Shown piece after piece: positions 8,432-18,403 of a stretch of 64,000 bases of DNA. Position 1 is the first letter of the stretch; every line of letters starts with the position of its first letter. Origin of the DNA: a virus (Duplodnaviria; Heunggongvirae; Uroviricota; Caudoviricetes); the IMG/VR virus record IMGVR_UViG_3300023371_000005, one strand, 5' to 3'. The notes below the pieces were generated by a model. It did no database searches, was not told the DNA's origin, and saw nothing but the letters and a program-made list of their open reading frames with translations. The translations under genes were made by a program, and so were the position numbers.

Positions 8432-10803
8432 ACTTTACTTACAGAAAGAACCTTATTTCCTTTGATTACTTGATTACCGATTGAAGGACGGCCCAAAGTG
8501 GGAATTTCAGATGCTTCAATACAAATACTGCTCTTATCACCCAAAATCAAGATACTATCCCCATCCTCAATTAAGGTTGCCGCACTTACCATTCCAGTAG
8601 AATCAGTAGGCTTGTAGCACATTAGACCCTTACCTCCACGCTTCTGGATTGGTAATTCAGACAGGTCAAACTTCTTAGCCAGACCATTCTGAACAAAAAT
8701 TGCTAACTTATCAGTCTTATTGCGGATTGGAACTGCGCTGACTACCTTATCTTCGGCGCCCAAGGTAATACCCTTTACACCAGAAGTGGTTCTAGAAGTA
8801 GCTCCAATTTCCTTAGAATCAAAATGGATACCATAACCCTTTTCAGTTACGATAATCAAAGGTTCATCCTTGATTAGAGAAACAGCAGCCAGCTCATCGC
8901 CCTCTTTGATAGTGATTGCGGCAATGCCAGTCTTCTTCTTGGTCTTGACATATTCATCTAAAGCGGTCTTTTTGACCAAACCATTCTTGGTCACGAACAG
9001 GACATATTGAGCATCAGTATCACGATAGATAGAATACATCACCGCAGGCTGTTCATCCATCTCCATATTGATTAGAGATTTGATAGAAGTGCCCTTACTT
9101 ACATTAGTTCCTACTGGAACATCATTTACAAGTAGACGATACATCTTACCCTTGTTACTGAAAATCATCAGAGAATCAATAGTATTGGTGCGGATAACAG
9201 CATGAGTAATGTCATCTTGAGTCTTTACACCTTTACCATTTCTCTTCTGGGTGCGGAAACTGGTTGCGGGGATGCGCTTGACAAGACCACCTTCGGTCAT
9301 AATAACAACGCACTTTTCAGGTTCAACGAACTCAATTTCCTTTTCTTCCTTAGTGGAAGCGACCTGGGTTATAGTACTTCTACGAGCATCACCATAAAGC
9401 TTTTTAAGTTCGGTGAATTCTTCCACAAGTGATGGAGTTGGATTCTTAAGAATATTCTCCAATCGCTGGGACTCAAGAATTTTTTCATTTCTCTCAGTTT
9501 CAATTTCAACCTTCTCCAATTTAGCCAACTTAGAAAGCTTCATATCTAAGATTGCCTTTGCCTGGGCTTCAGAGAAGTTATACTGGCTCATAAGCGCAGT
9601 TTTAGCAGCGGCCGCACTTTCAGACTTTTTGATAAGTGCGATAATATTATCAATATTTTCTAGTGCCTTTAACAGACCCTCTAAAATATGGATTCGTGCG
9701 GCAATCTTATCTAATTCAAACTTTGTTTTTCTTAGTAGAACATCCTTTTGGTGATCAATATAAATCTCCAAAAGTTGCTTGATATTCAATAGTTGAGGCT
9801 TTTTATCCACAAGGGCAACTTGATTGAAACTGTAAGTATCTTCCAATCGTGTGAGCTTGAATAATTTTGCGATAATCGGTTCAGTAGAAACTCCTTTAGC
9901 AACTTCAATAACAAAGCGCACACCATCTTTATTGGATTCATCTCGAATTGCGGTAATACCTTCTAACTTACCTTCTTCGCAGAGCTTATCAATCTCTTTT
10001 ACAAGGTCTTCTTTAGAAACTTTGTAGGGAATGGAAGTAAAAACGATACTATCACTTTTCTTATCAGATTCAACAACATATTCGCCCCGAATCCTTGCTC
10101 TGCCCTTACCCATTAGGTAAGCTGCGGGCAGTTCGTCCTTATTGATAATTGTTCCGCCGGTGGGAAAGTCAGGTCCAGAAATGTAATTCAAAATTTCCTT
10201 GATATCACATTCAGGGTTCTGCGCGACATGGATAGCCGCATCCATAACTTCATTCATATTGTGAGGGGCGAAACTACAAGCCATCGCAACAGCAATGCCA
10301 GAAGTACCATTAACAATCAAGTTAGGAACTCGACCGGGTAGATAAATAGGCTCTTGCTCTTCATCAGTATAAGCGTTCTGCCAATCTACTGTATCTTTCT
10401 TGATGTCTGCTAACATTTCTTCGCCAGCCTTAGATAGCTTACACTCAGTATAACGATAAGCAGCGGGTTCATCACCATCTCTACTACCATTATTGCCATG
10501 GAATTGAATCAGCGGATATCGCATATTCCAAGGCTGACTCAACCAGACCAGCGCACCATAAATAGAACTGTCACCATGAGGATGGAAACGGCCCATGGTG
10601 TCACCGACGGGCTGGGCGCACTTTACAAATTTCTTATTATTCATATAGCCTTTGTCGAACATATCCCAAAGGATACGACGAGCAACAGGCTTCAAACCAT
10701 CTTCTGCGGAAGGGATGGCTCTGTCTGTGATGACACTCAAACTGTAATCAAGGAAACTTTGTTCAACTTCCCTGATGATCGGTGTCTGAATTATGTCTCC
10801 CAT
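8428..10803 (-). CDS. gyrA: DNA gyrase subunit A
   Basis: HPHGD quinolone-resistance region motif, catalytic Tyr region, C-terminal beta-pinwheel with GyrA-box-like QKRGGKG. Confidence 0.9.
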   Translation of the reverse strand: MGDIIQTPIIREVEQSFLDYSLSVITDRAIPSAEDGLKPVARRILWDMFDKGYMNNKKFVKCAQPVGDTMGRFHPHGDSSIYGALVWLSQPWNMRYPLIQFHGNNGSRDGDEPAAYRYTECKLSKAGEEMLADIKKDTVDWQNAYTDEEQEPIYLPGRVPNLIVNGTSGIAVAMACSFAPHNMNEVMDAAIHVAQNPECDIKEILNYISGPDFPTGGTIINKDELPAAYLMGKGRARIRGEYVVESDKKSDSIVFTSIPYKVSKEDLVKEIDKLCEEGKLEGITAIRDESNKDGVRFVIEVAKGVSTEPIIAKLFKLTRLEDTYSFNQVALVDKKPQLLNIKQLLEIYIDHQKDVLLRKTKFELDKIAARIHILEGLLKALENIDNIIALIKKSESAAAAKTALMSQYNFSEAQAKAILDMKLSKLAKLEKVEIETERNEKILESQRLENILKNPTPSLVEEFTELKKLYGDARRSTITQVASTKEEKEIEFVEPEKCVVIMTEGGLVKRIPATSFRTQKRNGKGVKTQDDITHAVIRTNTIDSLMIFSNKGKMYRLLVNDVPVGTNVSKGTSIKSLINMEMDEQPAVMYSIYRDTDAQYVLFVTKNGLVKKTALDEYVKTKKKTGIAAITIKEGDELAAVSLIKDEPLIIVTEKGYGIHFDSKEIGATSRTTSGVKGITLGAEDKVVSAVPIRNKTDKLAIFVQNGLAKKFDLSELPIQKRGGKGLMCYKPTDSTGMVSAATLIEDGDSILILGDKSSICIEASEIPTLGRPSIGNQVIKGNKVLSVSKV

Positions 10804-11045
10804 AAGGAACCTCCTTTACATCTACAAATTGATCGAAAAACTCATTCATCGTTTGAGGTAAAGTTCGATCTATAACATCTTCAATTATTTTAAGTAATGT
10901 CTCAGTTGGGTAACGCGCATCAAGCCAAGGTTTTTCTGTGGAAATGGCAGGAATTGGCATATATTTTCTTTCCAAATCTATTGACCAATCTTGACTTTTA
11001 GGCTTGACAAGTGTGCGTCTTTCTTTCCAATCAACTATATGTGGC
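10763..11045 (-). CDS. hypothetical protein (start approximate)
   Basis: ORF overlapping the gyrA start. Confidence 0.3.
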
Positions 11046-11507
11046 ATATGCTTCTTCCTCACTAATATATCCAGTAGCCAATTGGTCGGCTAGTTCATTC
11101 CACTCATGTCCATTATGACCTTTAATTTTTCTCAAATCAATGCGGTAACCTTCTTTGTACCAGTCATAATATGCTTGAATCAAATCCAGATTTTCTGGTT
11201 TTTGCTTATCACTTTTAATCCAGCCTCGTCTTGCCCAGTTGAACATCCACTCATTGAATGTATTCACGCAATATGCAGAGTCGCTATATACGATCGGTGG
11301 CTGGCCCCAATCATCGCACTTCTCTCCGTAATTGAGCATTACATATAAAATTGCTTTTAGTTCTTCTCGATTATTTGTGGTATCATTGGATCTCTTGGCT
11401 CGAACAAATTGAACAGAACCATTATCATCGACACCAACGATACCATAACCACCTTTTGCATTGGCCTTACCATTGCCAATACAGGAACCATCAGTGTAAA
11501 AAGTCAT
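11031..11507 (-). CDS. rnhA: ribonuclease HI
   Basis: FYTDGS ... HxGHEWNELAD matches the RNase H catalytic motifs. Confidence 0.85.
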   Translation of the reverse strand: MTFYTDGSCIGNGKANAKGGYGIVGVDDNGSVQFVRAKRSNDTTNNREELKAILYVMLNYGEKCDDWGQPPIVYSDSAYCVNTFNEWMFNWARRGWIKSDKQKPENLDLIQAYYDWYKEGYRIDLRKIKGHNGHEWNELADQLATGYISEEEAYATYS

Positions 11508-11961
11508 TTGGATGTCCTTTCAAAATATCGTCAATTATTTTATCAATATCTACTTCTTCAGCAATATCAACAATGGAACTAACTTCTTTAGTTCCTTTTA
11601 GAACAGTCATTCCCTTCAACACTTGCTCATTACAAAGCATTACAGTATTATTAGGAAATGCTTCTTGTAATTCTTTTAGAATGTTTTGGCAATCACTCAA
11701 TTTCATATTCGCAGAAATATGACATAACAGCACATCACCAGGGTCAAGAGATACTTTTTGAATTTTATATCCCTCCCAAGTTCCAGTTATTCCATCCTGC
11801 TTCACAGAAGCAGGCGGAATATAATTTGGATTTACTGCTGTTGTAGAGCGATTATTCAAATAACTATAAGGAGTGCCGGTACTATACGCGTTAGTTAAGC
11901 CAGCATAAATTTCTCTTTCTTTTTGGTATCCATTATACATCGATATTCGCCCTTTCTGCAT
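11491..11961 (-). CDS. hypothetical protein
   Basis: ORF. Confidence 0.35.
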   Translation of the reverse strand: MQKGRISMYNGYQKEREIYAGLTNAYSTGTPYSYLNNRSTTAVNPNYIPPASVKQDGITGTWEGYKIQKVSLDPGDVLLCHISANMKLSDCQNILKELQEAFPNNTVMLCNEQVLKGMTVLKGTKEVSSIVDIAEEVDIDKIIDDILKGHPNDFLH

Positions 11962-13828
11962 TGTCCTCGATAAATTTCTTACGAGGAGTGACTGATTCGC
12001 CCATCAAGCTCATGAAGACATTAGCAACGGAGGCCGCATCTTCCATAGTAATCTGCTTCAAGGTACGAGTGTTTGGATTCATAACAGTTTCTGCCATTTC
12101 TTCGGGGTCCATTTCGCCCAGACCTTTCATACGACCAAGTTCAAATTTCTTTGTATTAGTCTTACGGAAGGCTTCAAGAGCTGGGTCATCTTTCAGATAC
12201 TGAATCTTAGTTCCCATAGTAACCTTATAAAGTGGAGGAACTGCCGCATAAATATAACCCTTATCCAAAAGATCAGGACAGAACTTCCAAATGAAAGTTA
12301 AGAACAAAACACGAATGTGAGAACCGTCAACATCAGCATCAGCAGTAATGATAAACTTACCATATCTCAACTTAGATTCGTCAACAATGATTTTACCATC
12401 CTTGACCTCTAAGCCAAAAGCGTCAACCATACCGTTAATTTCCTTATTTTGAAGCGCTTTATGTAAATCGCATTTCAAAACATTTAAAGGTTTACCTCTT
12501 AGCTGGAATACTGCCTGAGTGCCACGATCTCGCGCTTCTTTAGTAGAACCCGCTGCGGACTTACCCTCAACGATAAATACTTCACACTTTGCACGATCCT
12601 TAGAACTGGCATCTGCCAGAACGTCAGGCATCACAACTCTGCGCTTGGCGTCAACCTTACGGACGGTTTCCTTGGCCTTCTTTGCCTTTTCGCGGGCCGC
12701 ACGTGCCAAGAGTGCTTTATCAACTATTGCTTTTGCATCTTTTGGATTTGCGTCCAGCCAAATTTTAATTTCCTTAGAAACTAAGCGTTGGACTGCGGTT
12801 CTTGCTTCACTACTGGAAAGAACATCCTTAGTCTGACCAGAGAAAACGGGGTCAGGCATGATGAAAGACAAGACCAGAACTAAACCTTCTTTCAATTCTT
12901 CGCCAGTGATATTAGCATCTTTTTCCTTCAATAGCTTATTTTCACGAGCATAATCATTGACAGTAGAAGTTAGTGCAGTTCTGAAACCTGTTAAGTGAGT
13001 TCCTGCGCTATTGGGAATGGAGTTAGTATATAATTTATATACATCGGTGTAAGTATCATTATATTGCATGGCAATTTTTACACCGATTCTATCTTCCATA
13101 CTTTCAGTATAAAATACGGAAGTAAGTTTAGTTCTTTCTCTATTGAGATCATCAATGTAATCTCTAATGCCATTTTTGGAGGTAATATATTCAGTTTCAT
13201 TACCCTCAAAATTCAAAACAAAATTCATACCAGGAGAGAGATATGCTAACTCCTGGATTTGCTTCTTTAAAGCAGTATAATCAAGATGAATACCCTCCTT
13301 GAAAATGGTTTCATCAGGAAGGAAAGTTACTGTAGTGCCAGTTTTTACTCCACGGGCAGTATTTTCATTATAACTTATCAATTCACCTTTCTTAAATTTA
13401 GCAATAGCCAATTTTCCTTCTCTCAAAGAACGAACTTCAAAAGTTTCAGAAAGGGCATTAGTTGCCTTAGCACCAACACCATTCATACCGCCAGAAGTAT
13501 TATAACCAGTTTTACCTTCACTATCGAATTTTGCACCAGTATGAAGTTTAGTATAAACATTTACAAGAACTTCACTACCATCTTCTGCTTTACCAAAGGG
13601 GACGCCACGACCATTATCTTCAATCTCAATGGTGCCATCTTTGCTTACGGTAATAGCACATTCAGTACAATATCCGTTTAAATATTCATCAACAGCATTA
13701 GAAATGATTTCGAGTGTAATATGTCTAACACCTGCAGGACCGACTGAGCCTACATACATACCTGGACGCAGGCGAATCGCTTCGATACCTTCAAGCGTTT
13801 TTATGTCTTTTACGCCATAATCTAACAT
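11933..13828 (-). CDS. gyrB: DNA gyrase subunit B
   Basis: GHKL ATPase motifs (GLHHLV-like, NGRGVP), Toprim EGKSA ... DADVDGSHI. Confidence 0.9.
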   Translation of the reverse strand: MLDYGVKDIKTLEGIEAIRLRPGMYVGSVGPAGVRHITLEIISNAVDEYLNGYCTECAITVSKDGTIEIEDNGRGVPFGKAEDGSEVLVNVYTKLHTGAKFDSEGKTGYNTSGGMNGVGAKATNALSETFEVRSLREGKLAIAKFKKGELISYNENTARGVKTGTTVTFLPDETIFKEGIHLDYTALKKQIQELAYLSPGMNFVLNFEGNETEYITSKNGIRDYIDDLNRERTKLTSVFYTESMEDRIGVKIAMQYNDTYTDVYKLYTNSIPNSAGTHLTGFRTALTSTVNDYARENKLLKEKDANITGEELKEGLVLVLSFIMPDPVFSGQTKDVLSSSEARTAVQRLVSKEIKIWLDANPKDAKAIVDKALLARAAREKAKKAKETVRKVDAKRRVVMPDVLADASSKDRAKCEVFIVEGKSAAGSTKEARDRGTQAVFQLRGKPLNVLKCDLHKALQNKEINGMVDAFGLEVKDGKIIVDESKLRYGKFIITADADVDGSHIRVLFLTFIWKFCPDLLDKGYIYAAVPPLYKVTMGTKIQYLKDDPALEAFRKTNTKKFELGRMKGLGEMDPEEMAETVMNPNTRTLKQITMEDAASVANVFMSLMGESVTPRKKFIEDNAERANIDV

Positions 13829-13873
13829 ATCGTTCTCCTTTCAAATTTCCTTAGATTTTTTTCTTATGTGTAT

Positions 13874-13902
13874 ATTATACCATTATTTTTTTGAAAAATC
13901 AA
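13874..13902 (-). promoter_or_regulatory. promoter TTGATT-17-TATAAT (minus) for the gyrB-gyrA operon
   Basis: Motif. Confidence 0.6.
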
Positions 13903-14169
13903 GTATTTTGTTAGCAAGGATTTGATAGGTCAAAAAATAATATTATAATGATAATAAATTTGATTTACAATGAAAGAAGATAAGGGAGGGGATTATATTG
14001 TCTTTATTAGAGAAAATATAGCTTATAGTAGGATGTTATTATTTATCAGACTTACGTTTTCAACCTTATAATTTAATTGCAAAATGGATTTTCAGGATTG
14101 TAAGTCTTGAAAATTACACGCAAAAAGAAATTGATGATGCATATAATTATATTTTTGAGTAAAAAAAAA

Positions 14170-14207
14170 TAAAGCCGAGTAGATAAAATATCTACTCGGC
14201 TTTATTG
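14170..14207 (-). terminator. terminator after the lysis cassette
   Basis: Hairpin agccgagtagat-aaaat-atctactcggct flanked by A/T runs. Confidence 0.6.
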
Positions 14208-14211
14208 TCAT

Positions 14212-14541
14212 TTAACCGCAGGCATCGTCTACGAATTCTTCTTCTGGGACAGGTGGGGCATTATCCTGAGTTAGTAATTGTTGCATTACGCTTTCATATT
14301 TTATGCCACCCTTAGTATTTTCTTTTTCGGCTTTTTTATAATATGCTTGTTGACTGATAGCATATGCGCCCCAAGGACAAGCTGCCATAGCAGTGACCCA
14401 AGGTAATTCACCGAAATATTGATTTATGATACAAACGAAGGCTAAAATAATGAAAGCAATAGTAACTAACCAAATAAGCGCTGATTCTTGAACCAGTAGC
14501 TTTTTGGAAAATTCCATTTTTTCTTTCTTCTTATCAGCCAT
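14212..14541 (-). CDS. holin-like membrane protein
   Basis: 109 aa with two hydrophobic helices; lies immediately downstream of the endolysin with overlapping ATGA. Confidence 0.5.
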   Translation of the reverse strand: MADKKKEKMEFSKKLLVQESALIWLVTIAFIILAFVCIINQYFGELPWVTAMAACPWGAYAISQQAYYKKAEKENTKGGIKYESVMQQLLTQDNAPPVPEEEFVDDACG

Positions 14542-16211
14542 TACTTTTTAGCTTCAATCTTCTTGGTGAAATCTAGGCAAATCCAGCCAGAACCATTTTT
14601 CATCTTGCCCCAGCCATCTTTTTCATCAATGATGGTGTATAACTGGTTCTGCTTTACTTGAGTATTAACTTTGTAATTAGTACCTGCGCCCGCACGTACA
14701 TTTACTACATCACCGGTAATCATTATGACGTAAGCTTCAAAACCAGGAGCAGTAGCTAATTCAGAATCATATTCTTTCAAATACTTCTTATCAACAATAC
14801 CGCTAATAGGACCGGTCTTTACAGTAGAAATAGTGATATTATCTCCATTGATCTTACGAACAAATAATTTTTTACCAAACATCCAAGAGGCTACAGATTT
14901 ACCATTGGTAAATACAGCATCATTAGTTAGCATGACTTCCATGCCAGGCTCTAATTTTAATTCCTCTTCTGGAACAATAATAGTATTTTCACTCATTTTA
15001 TTTACAGCCTCCTTAATAGCTTTTTTAGTTAAAGGTCCGACGATACCATCATCGTCTAGGTTATTCTTTCTTTGGAAGTCAATAACTGCGGCATATGTCT
15101 TAGAACCAAAATCTCCATCTGGTCCTTTAGAACCAACATTATAACCCAATTTAACTAACCATTCTTGTAACTCTCTTACGTCTTCACCAGTATCACCAAT
15201 GCTTAAAACATCATTGTTAATAGATGGAGTTGGAGTTGGTGTAGGAGTTACAGAGCTTCCACCGCCAAAAGTAGTACGAGGAGCTTCATTCTGTCCATAC
15301 CAGAAAGATTTCTTATCTCTAGTATCGACGTGAGTAAAATGTCCATCAGCACTGGTTTCATATAAACCAATACCTTTAATTCCAATACTTTCAGCATATT
15401 TTGCTACTTCTCTTGGAGCAACTCCCTAAACAACAATATCAGCAGCATCACCTTTAGAGTGACGAGAGCCAGTAGCGCCACCAATACGCTTATTGTGAAC
15501 TGGACATCTGTATCCACTAGTTACAGTGATAGATTTACCAAAATGGTCTCTAATTTTTTGAACATATTCAACTAATTTAGGGTTGATAATGGTCTCAGAG
15601 CAGCAGCCAGAACCATGACAATCGAACTCTAAAGAGTTGAAGTTTTCAGATAACTTAGTCTTTTGACCCTTTTTATAAGTATTAGTAGCCATAGTAGTAT
15701 TTTCAACTCCTTTTACATATTTATCATAATACACTTGGCCCATTGCGGCACGCTTGGATTTTTGAGCGGCTGCATTAGCAGGTCTTTCAAAATTCATAAG
15801 AACTACATCGGATGCTTGCTGAACTGTAGTAGCATTTACTAAAATATTATAAACTGAATTCTTATAAGAGGTTTTCAATTCCTTTATTAAAAATTCTAAC
15901 TACATTTCCAAATCTCCAATGGATTTCTTCTTGGACTTTGCATAGTTTAATAGATTTTCCTTACGAGACCAATAAGTCCATTGAGCCAAGCCATATCCTG
16001 CAGAGTCACGCACAAAGTTGGTATATGTTCCATTATCAACTTTTGCGGTATACTCGGCATCGCTTAGTCCCAAAGAACGACTATATGTATCTTGTAAGTT
16101 ATTGGGGCGAAGGGCAGATTCGGCGTCTAAATTTCCCATCAGACCGGCTACACCGAAATCGCTAAAGCCTTCTTTCTTTAGAAAATCCCAAATGATTTTA
16201 CTATTAGACAT
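14541..16211 (-). CDS. multi-domain endolysin: N-terminal lysozyme-like domain, peptidase M15, PG_binding_1, SH3-like C-terminus; two in-frame TAGs (15900-15902, 15426-15428)
   Basis: Track ORFs 15900..16211, 15426..15878 and 14541..15149 share one frame and are separated only by TAG. The M15 motifs SGYRCPVHN...HSKGDAADI and FTHVDTRD lie on opposite sides of the second TAG. The PG-binding motif (DGDFGSKTYAAVIDFQRKNNLDDDG) and an SH3-like tail follow. Confidence 0.8.
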
Positions 16212-16270
16212 TCCTCTTCCTCCTTTAGATATGAAATATCCCCAATGGGAAGACCCATCGGGGATAATAA

Positions 16271-17515
16271 TTACATTTTTTCAGCAATACGAGCGATTTT
16301 AGAACGATGAATATTTTTCAAAGTAATTTCACCGTATATATCTTCGCCACGATAAACTTGAGAAGCTCGCTTCATACCATTACTACTACCAGCAAAGTGA
16401 ATATCATCAACCTGTGCTTTACAGTCACCATCAATAATACAAATGCTATCTTCACCGATACGTTGTAATGTTAGTTTCATCAGCTCAATATCTAAGTTTT
16501 GAGCCTCAGAAATATAAATGCCAGCTTTCATTCCAGTAGTATCATAACCACGAATATCAGATAGTGGAAGCAAAATTAATTTTTCGTCGTTAATCATTTG
16601 TTCAACAGCAATACGACCACCAAATTTACTAATTAAAAGATTACCAATTTGAGAATCTAATAACTTTTCATCCCTGGTACCAGGATAATAACCCAATTTA
16701 GCAGAATTCTTAGTTGCTACAGTATTACAGAACACAATAATTTTATCAATGCGATTGCGTTCCAGCTTATGTAACAAGAAGCCTAGACTAATGAAAGTTT
16801 TACCGGTTCCCGCAGGTCCCTTAATCATAGTAATTTTGTTATTACTCAAGCTGTCGAAAGCCAAGGATTGATAAGCATCACTTTTCATTGGCTTGACATT
16901 GCCGAAATAATTAGAGTTGAATGAGTCATACGATAAATGACGATAACCTTCACCTGTCCAGCATAGTCTATCCACTAACTCACCTGTCTCTTGGTCATAC
17001 ACTAACAAATATTCATTTATATATAAGTCAAATAAATTCTTATTCATATTAGAATAAAAATTACTCATAGCTTCAGAATCTAAATATACCTCTTTATATC
17101 CGTCATAATCATATGCTTCTTCTTGATATGATTCAACGGGAATGGGTAATACAGTTCTTGCTAAATGCTTACAGCATAAATCATTTGTTACGAAAATTAC
17201 TTCATCGTCTTGGTGGTTACGAGCGAACCAGTCAGCGCAAGCAATAATTTTACCATCTTCATTAGACAATAAACTTAGTGCAAAATCACTGCTCCAAATA
17301 ACGATTTCATAATCTCCATAGTGTTGATCCAATTCATGGACTACTTTGCGGGCCGCAAACTTTACATCTGGGTCTTTATTTGCGGAAGTCTTGATATGTT
17401 CTAATTCTTCTAATGTAATGGAAGAAATGACCAAAGTACAATCTTCGTCCCATAAATGGTTTGCTTTTAGAAGTAAAGAACAAGTGTCATAAAATTTATA
17501 CATCATCTTCAATAA
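16271..17515 (-). CDS. phoH: PhoH-like ATPase with N-terminal PIN domain
   Basis: Walker A GPAGTGKTF; N-terminal PIN-like region; probable real start at MMYKF. Confidence 0.8.
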   Translation of the reverse strand, partial: LLKMMYKFYDTCSLLLKANHLWDEDCTLVISSITLEELEHIKTSANKDPDVKFAARKVVHELDQHYGDYEIVIWSSDFALSLLSNEDGKIIACADWFARNHQDDEVIFVTNDLCCKHLARTVLPIPVESYQEEAYDYDGYKEVYLDSEAMSNFYSNMNKNLFDLYINEYLLVYDQETGELVDRLCWTGEGYRHLSYDSFNSNYFGNVKPMKSDAYQSLAFDSLSNNKITMIKGPAGTGKTFISLGFLLHKLERNRIDKIIVFCNTVATKNSAKLGYYPGTRDEKLLDSQIGNLLISKFGGRIAVEQMINDEKLILLPLSDIRGYDTTGMKAGIYISEAQNLDIELMKLTLQRIGEDSICIIDGDCKAQVDDIHFAGSSNGMKRASQVYRGEDIYGEITLKNIHRSKIARIAEKM

Positions 17516-17786
17516 CCTCTTCTTCCTCTTGGTCGTCGTCAGGAACTTGGAAGCCAATCTATCTCGTAGGAGGGTCTTGGTCAGCAGAGGCAGCGTCCTG
17601 ACGCATCTTAATGTTCGCTTTGTTTACAATTTCACTTTGTTTGGATTTTTTTGCTTCAACCCAGGTTAAAAACCAGGCACTTACTCCATCAATAATAGGA
17701 ATGACGTATGAAACAAATATAATTCCAAGGATAAAATACAATAATTCCATATGTATATCTCCCCCTTGATTTATATAAGAATACAA
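17496..17786 (-). CDS. small membrane protein; annotated end is TAG (17559-17561), under code 15 it extends about 21 aa to TAA at 17496
   Basis: ORF with a transmembrane helix; which stop is used is ambiguous. Confidence 0.35.
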
Positions 17787-17798
17787 TCAATCATATTA

Positions 17799-18221
17799 TT
17801 AGTTTTTGGCCCTAAGTCTTTTATATAGCTTGTCTTTACCGTCGATATAATTTCTAATGAATGCTTTTTCATCAGCAATCATATTATTAACTTCAGTTAA
17901 TTCTCTTTCAAGAGCACGAATTTGACTTCTAATACGTCTAGATTCATGGCTCTTTGGATTATGGTTTTTACTGGTTTGAATATTAGAATATAAATGTTTT
18001 AACGCATTTAGTTCAAGTTTTACTTCATGATCACGAATAAAACGTAATACTTTAATATTAGCACGAGCTTCTGCGATTGTCAAACCAACTCGCTCATTAG
18101 CGAACTCCATGTCTTCTGGATGACAAGCAGCTCCACCTTCAAAACTCATACCATTATATGAAACTAAGCATCTTGCCCAGCCATTTTTTTCATCATAATT
18201 ATATTCAACTAATTTTACCAT
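17799..18221 (-). CDS. hypothetical protein
   Basis: ORF with a helical C-terminus. Confidence 0.35.
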   Translation of the reverse strand: MVKLVEYNYDEKNGWARCLVSYNGMSFEGGAACHPEDMEFANERVGLTIAEARANIKVLRFIRDHEVKLELNALKHLYSNIQTSKNHNPKSHESRRIRSQIRALERELTEVNNMIADEKAFIRNYIDGKDKLYKRLRAKN

Positions 18222-18255
18222 TAGGATTTCCTCCTTTTGAATTTAATTTATATTT

Positions 18256-18284
18256 ATTATACCTAAAAAATATGGAAAAGTCAA
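18256..18284 (-). promoter_or_regulatory. promoter TTGACT-17-TATAAT (minus)
   Basis: Motif. Confidence 0.55.
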
Positions 18285-18403
18285 ATTGAGGCATTTTGAA
18301 GAAAAAATTCCTATGGGCGATCGGAATTCCAGCAACGACCGATACCGAAGACAACGACAAATAGCCCCAGGAATTTCTTCCTGGGGCTGGAAATTACGTT
18401 ATA

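Noticed and set aside
8428-13828. Topoisomerase IV (ParC/ParE) instead of gyrase
   Set aside because: The A subunit retains a GyrA-box-like QKRGGKG in the C-terminal domain, which favours gyrase, though this cannot be proven from sequence alone.
14541-16211. Interpretation of TAG-split genes (endolysin, tail fiber, RT, target 2) as pseudogenes or assembly errors
   Set aside because: Interruptions are always TAG, never TAA or TGA, frames are never shifted, TAG positions fall inside conserved catalytic domains, and a paralog carries CAA at the same positions. This is systematic recoding, not decay.
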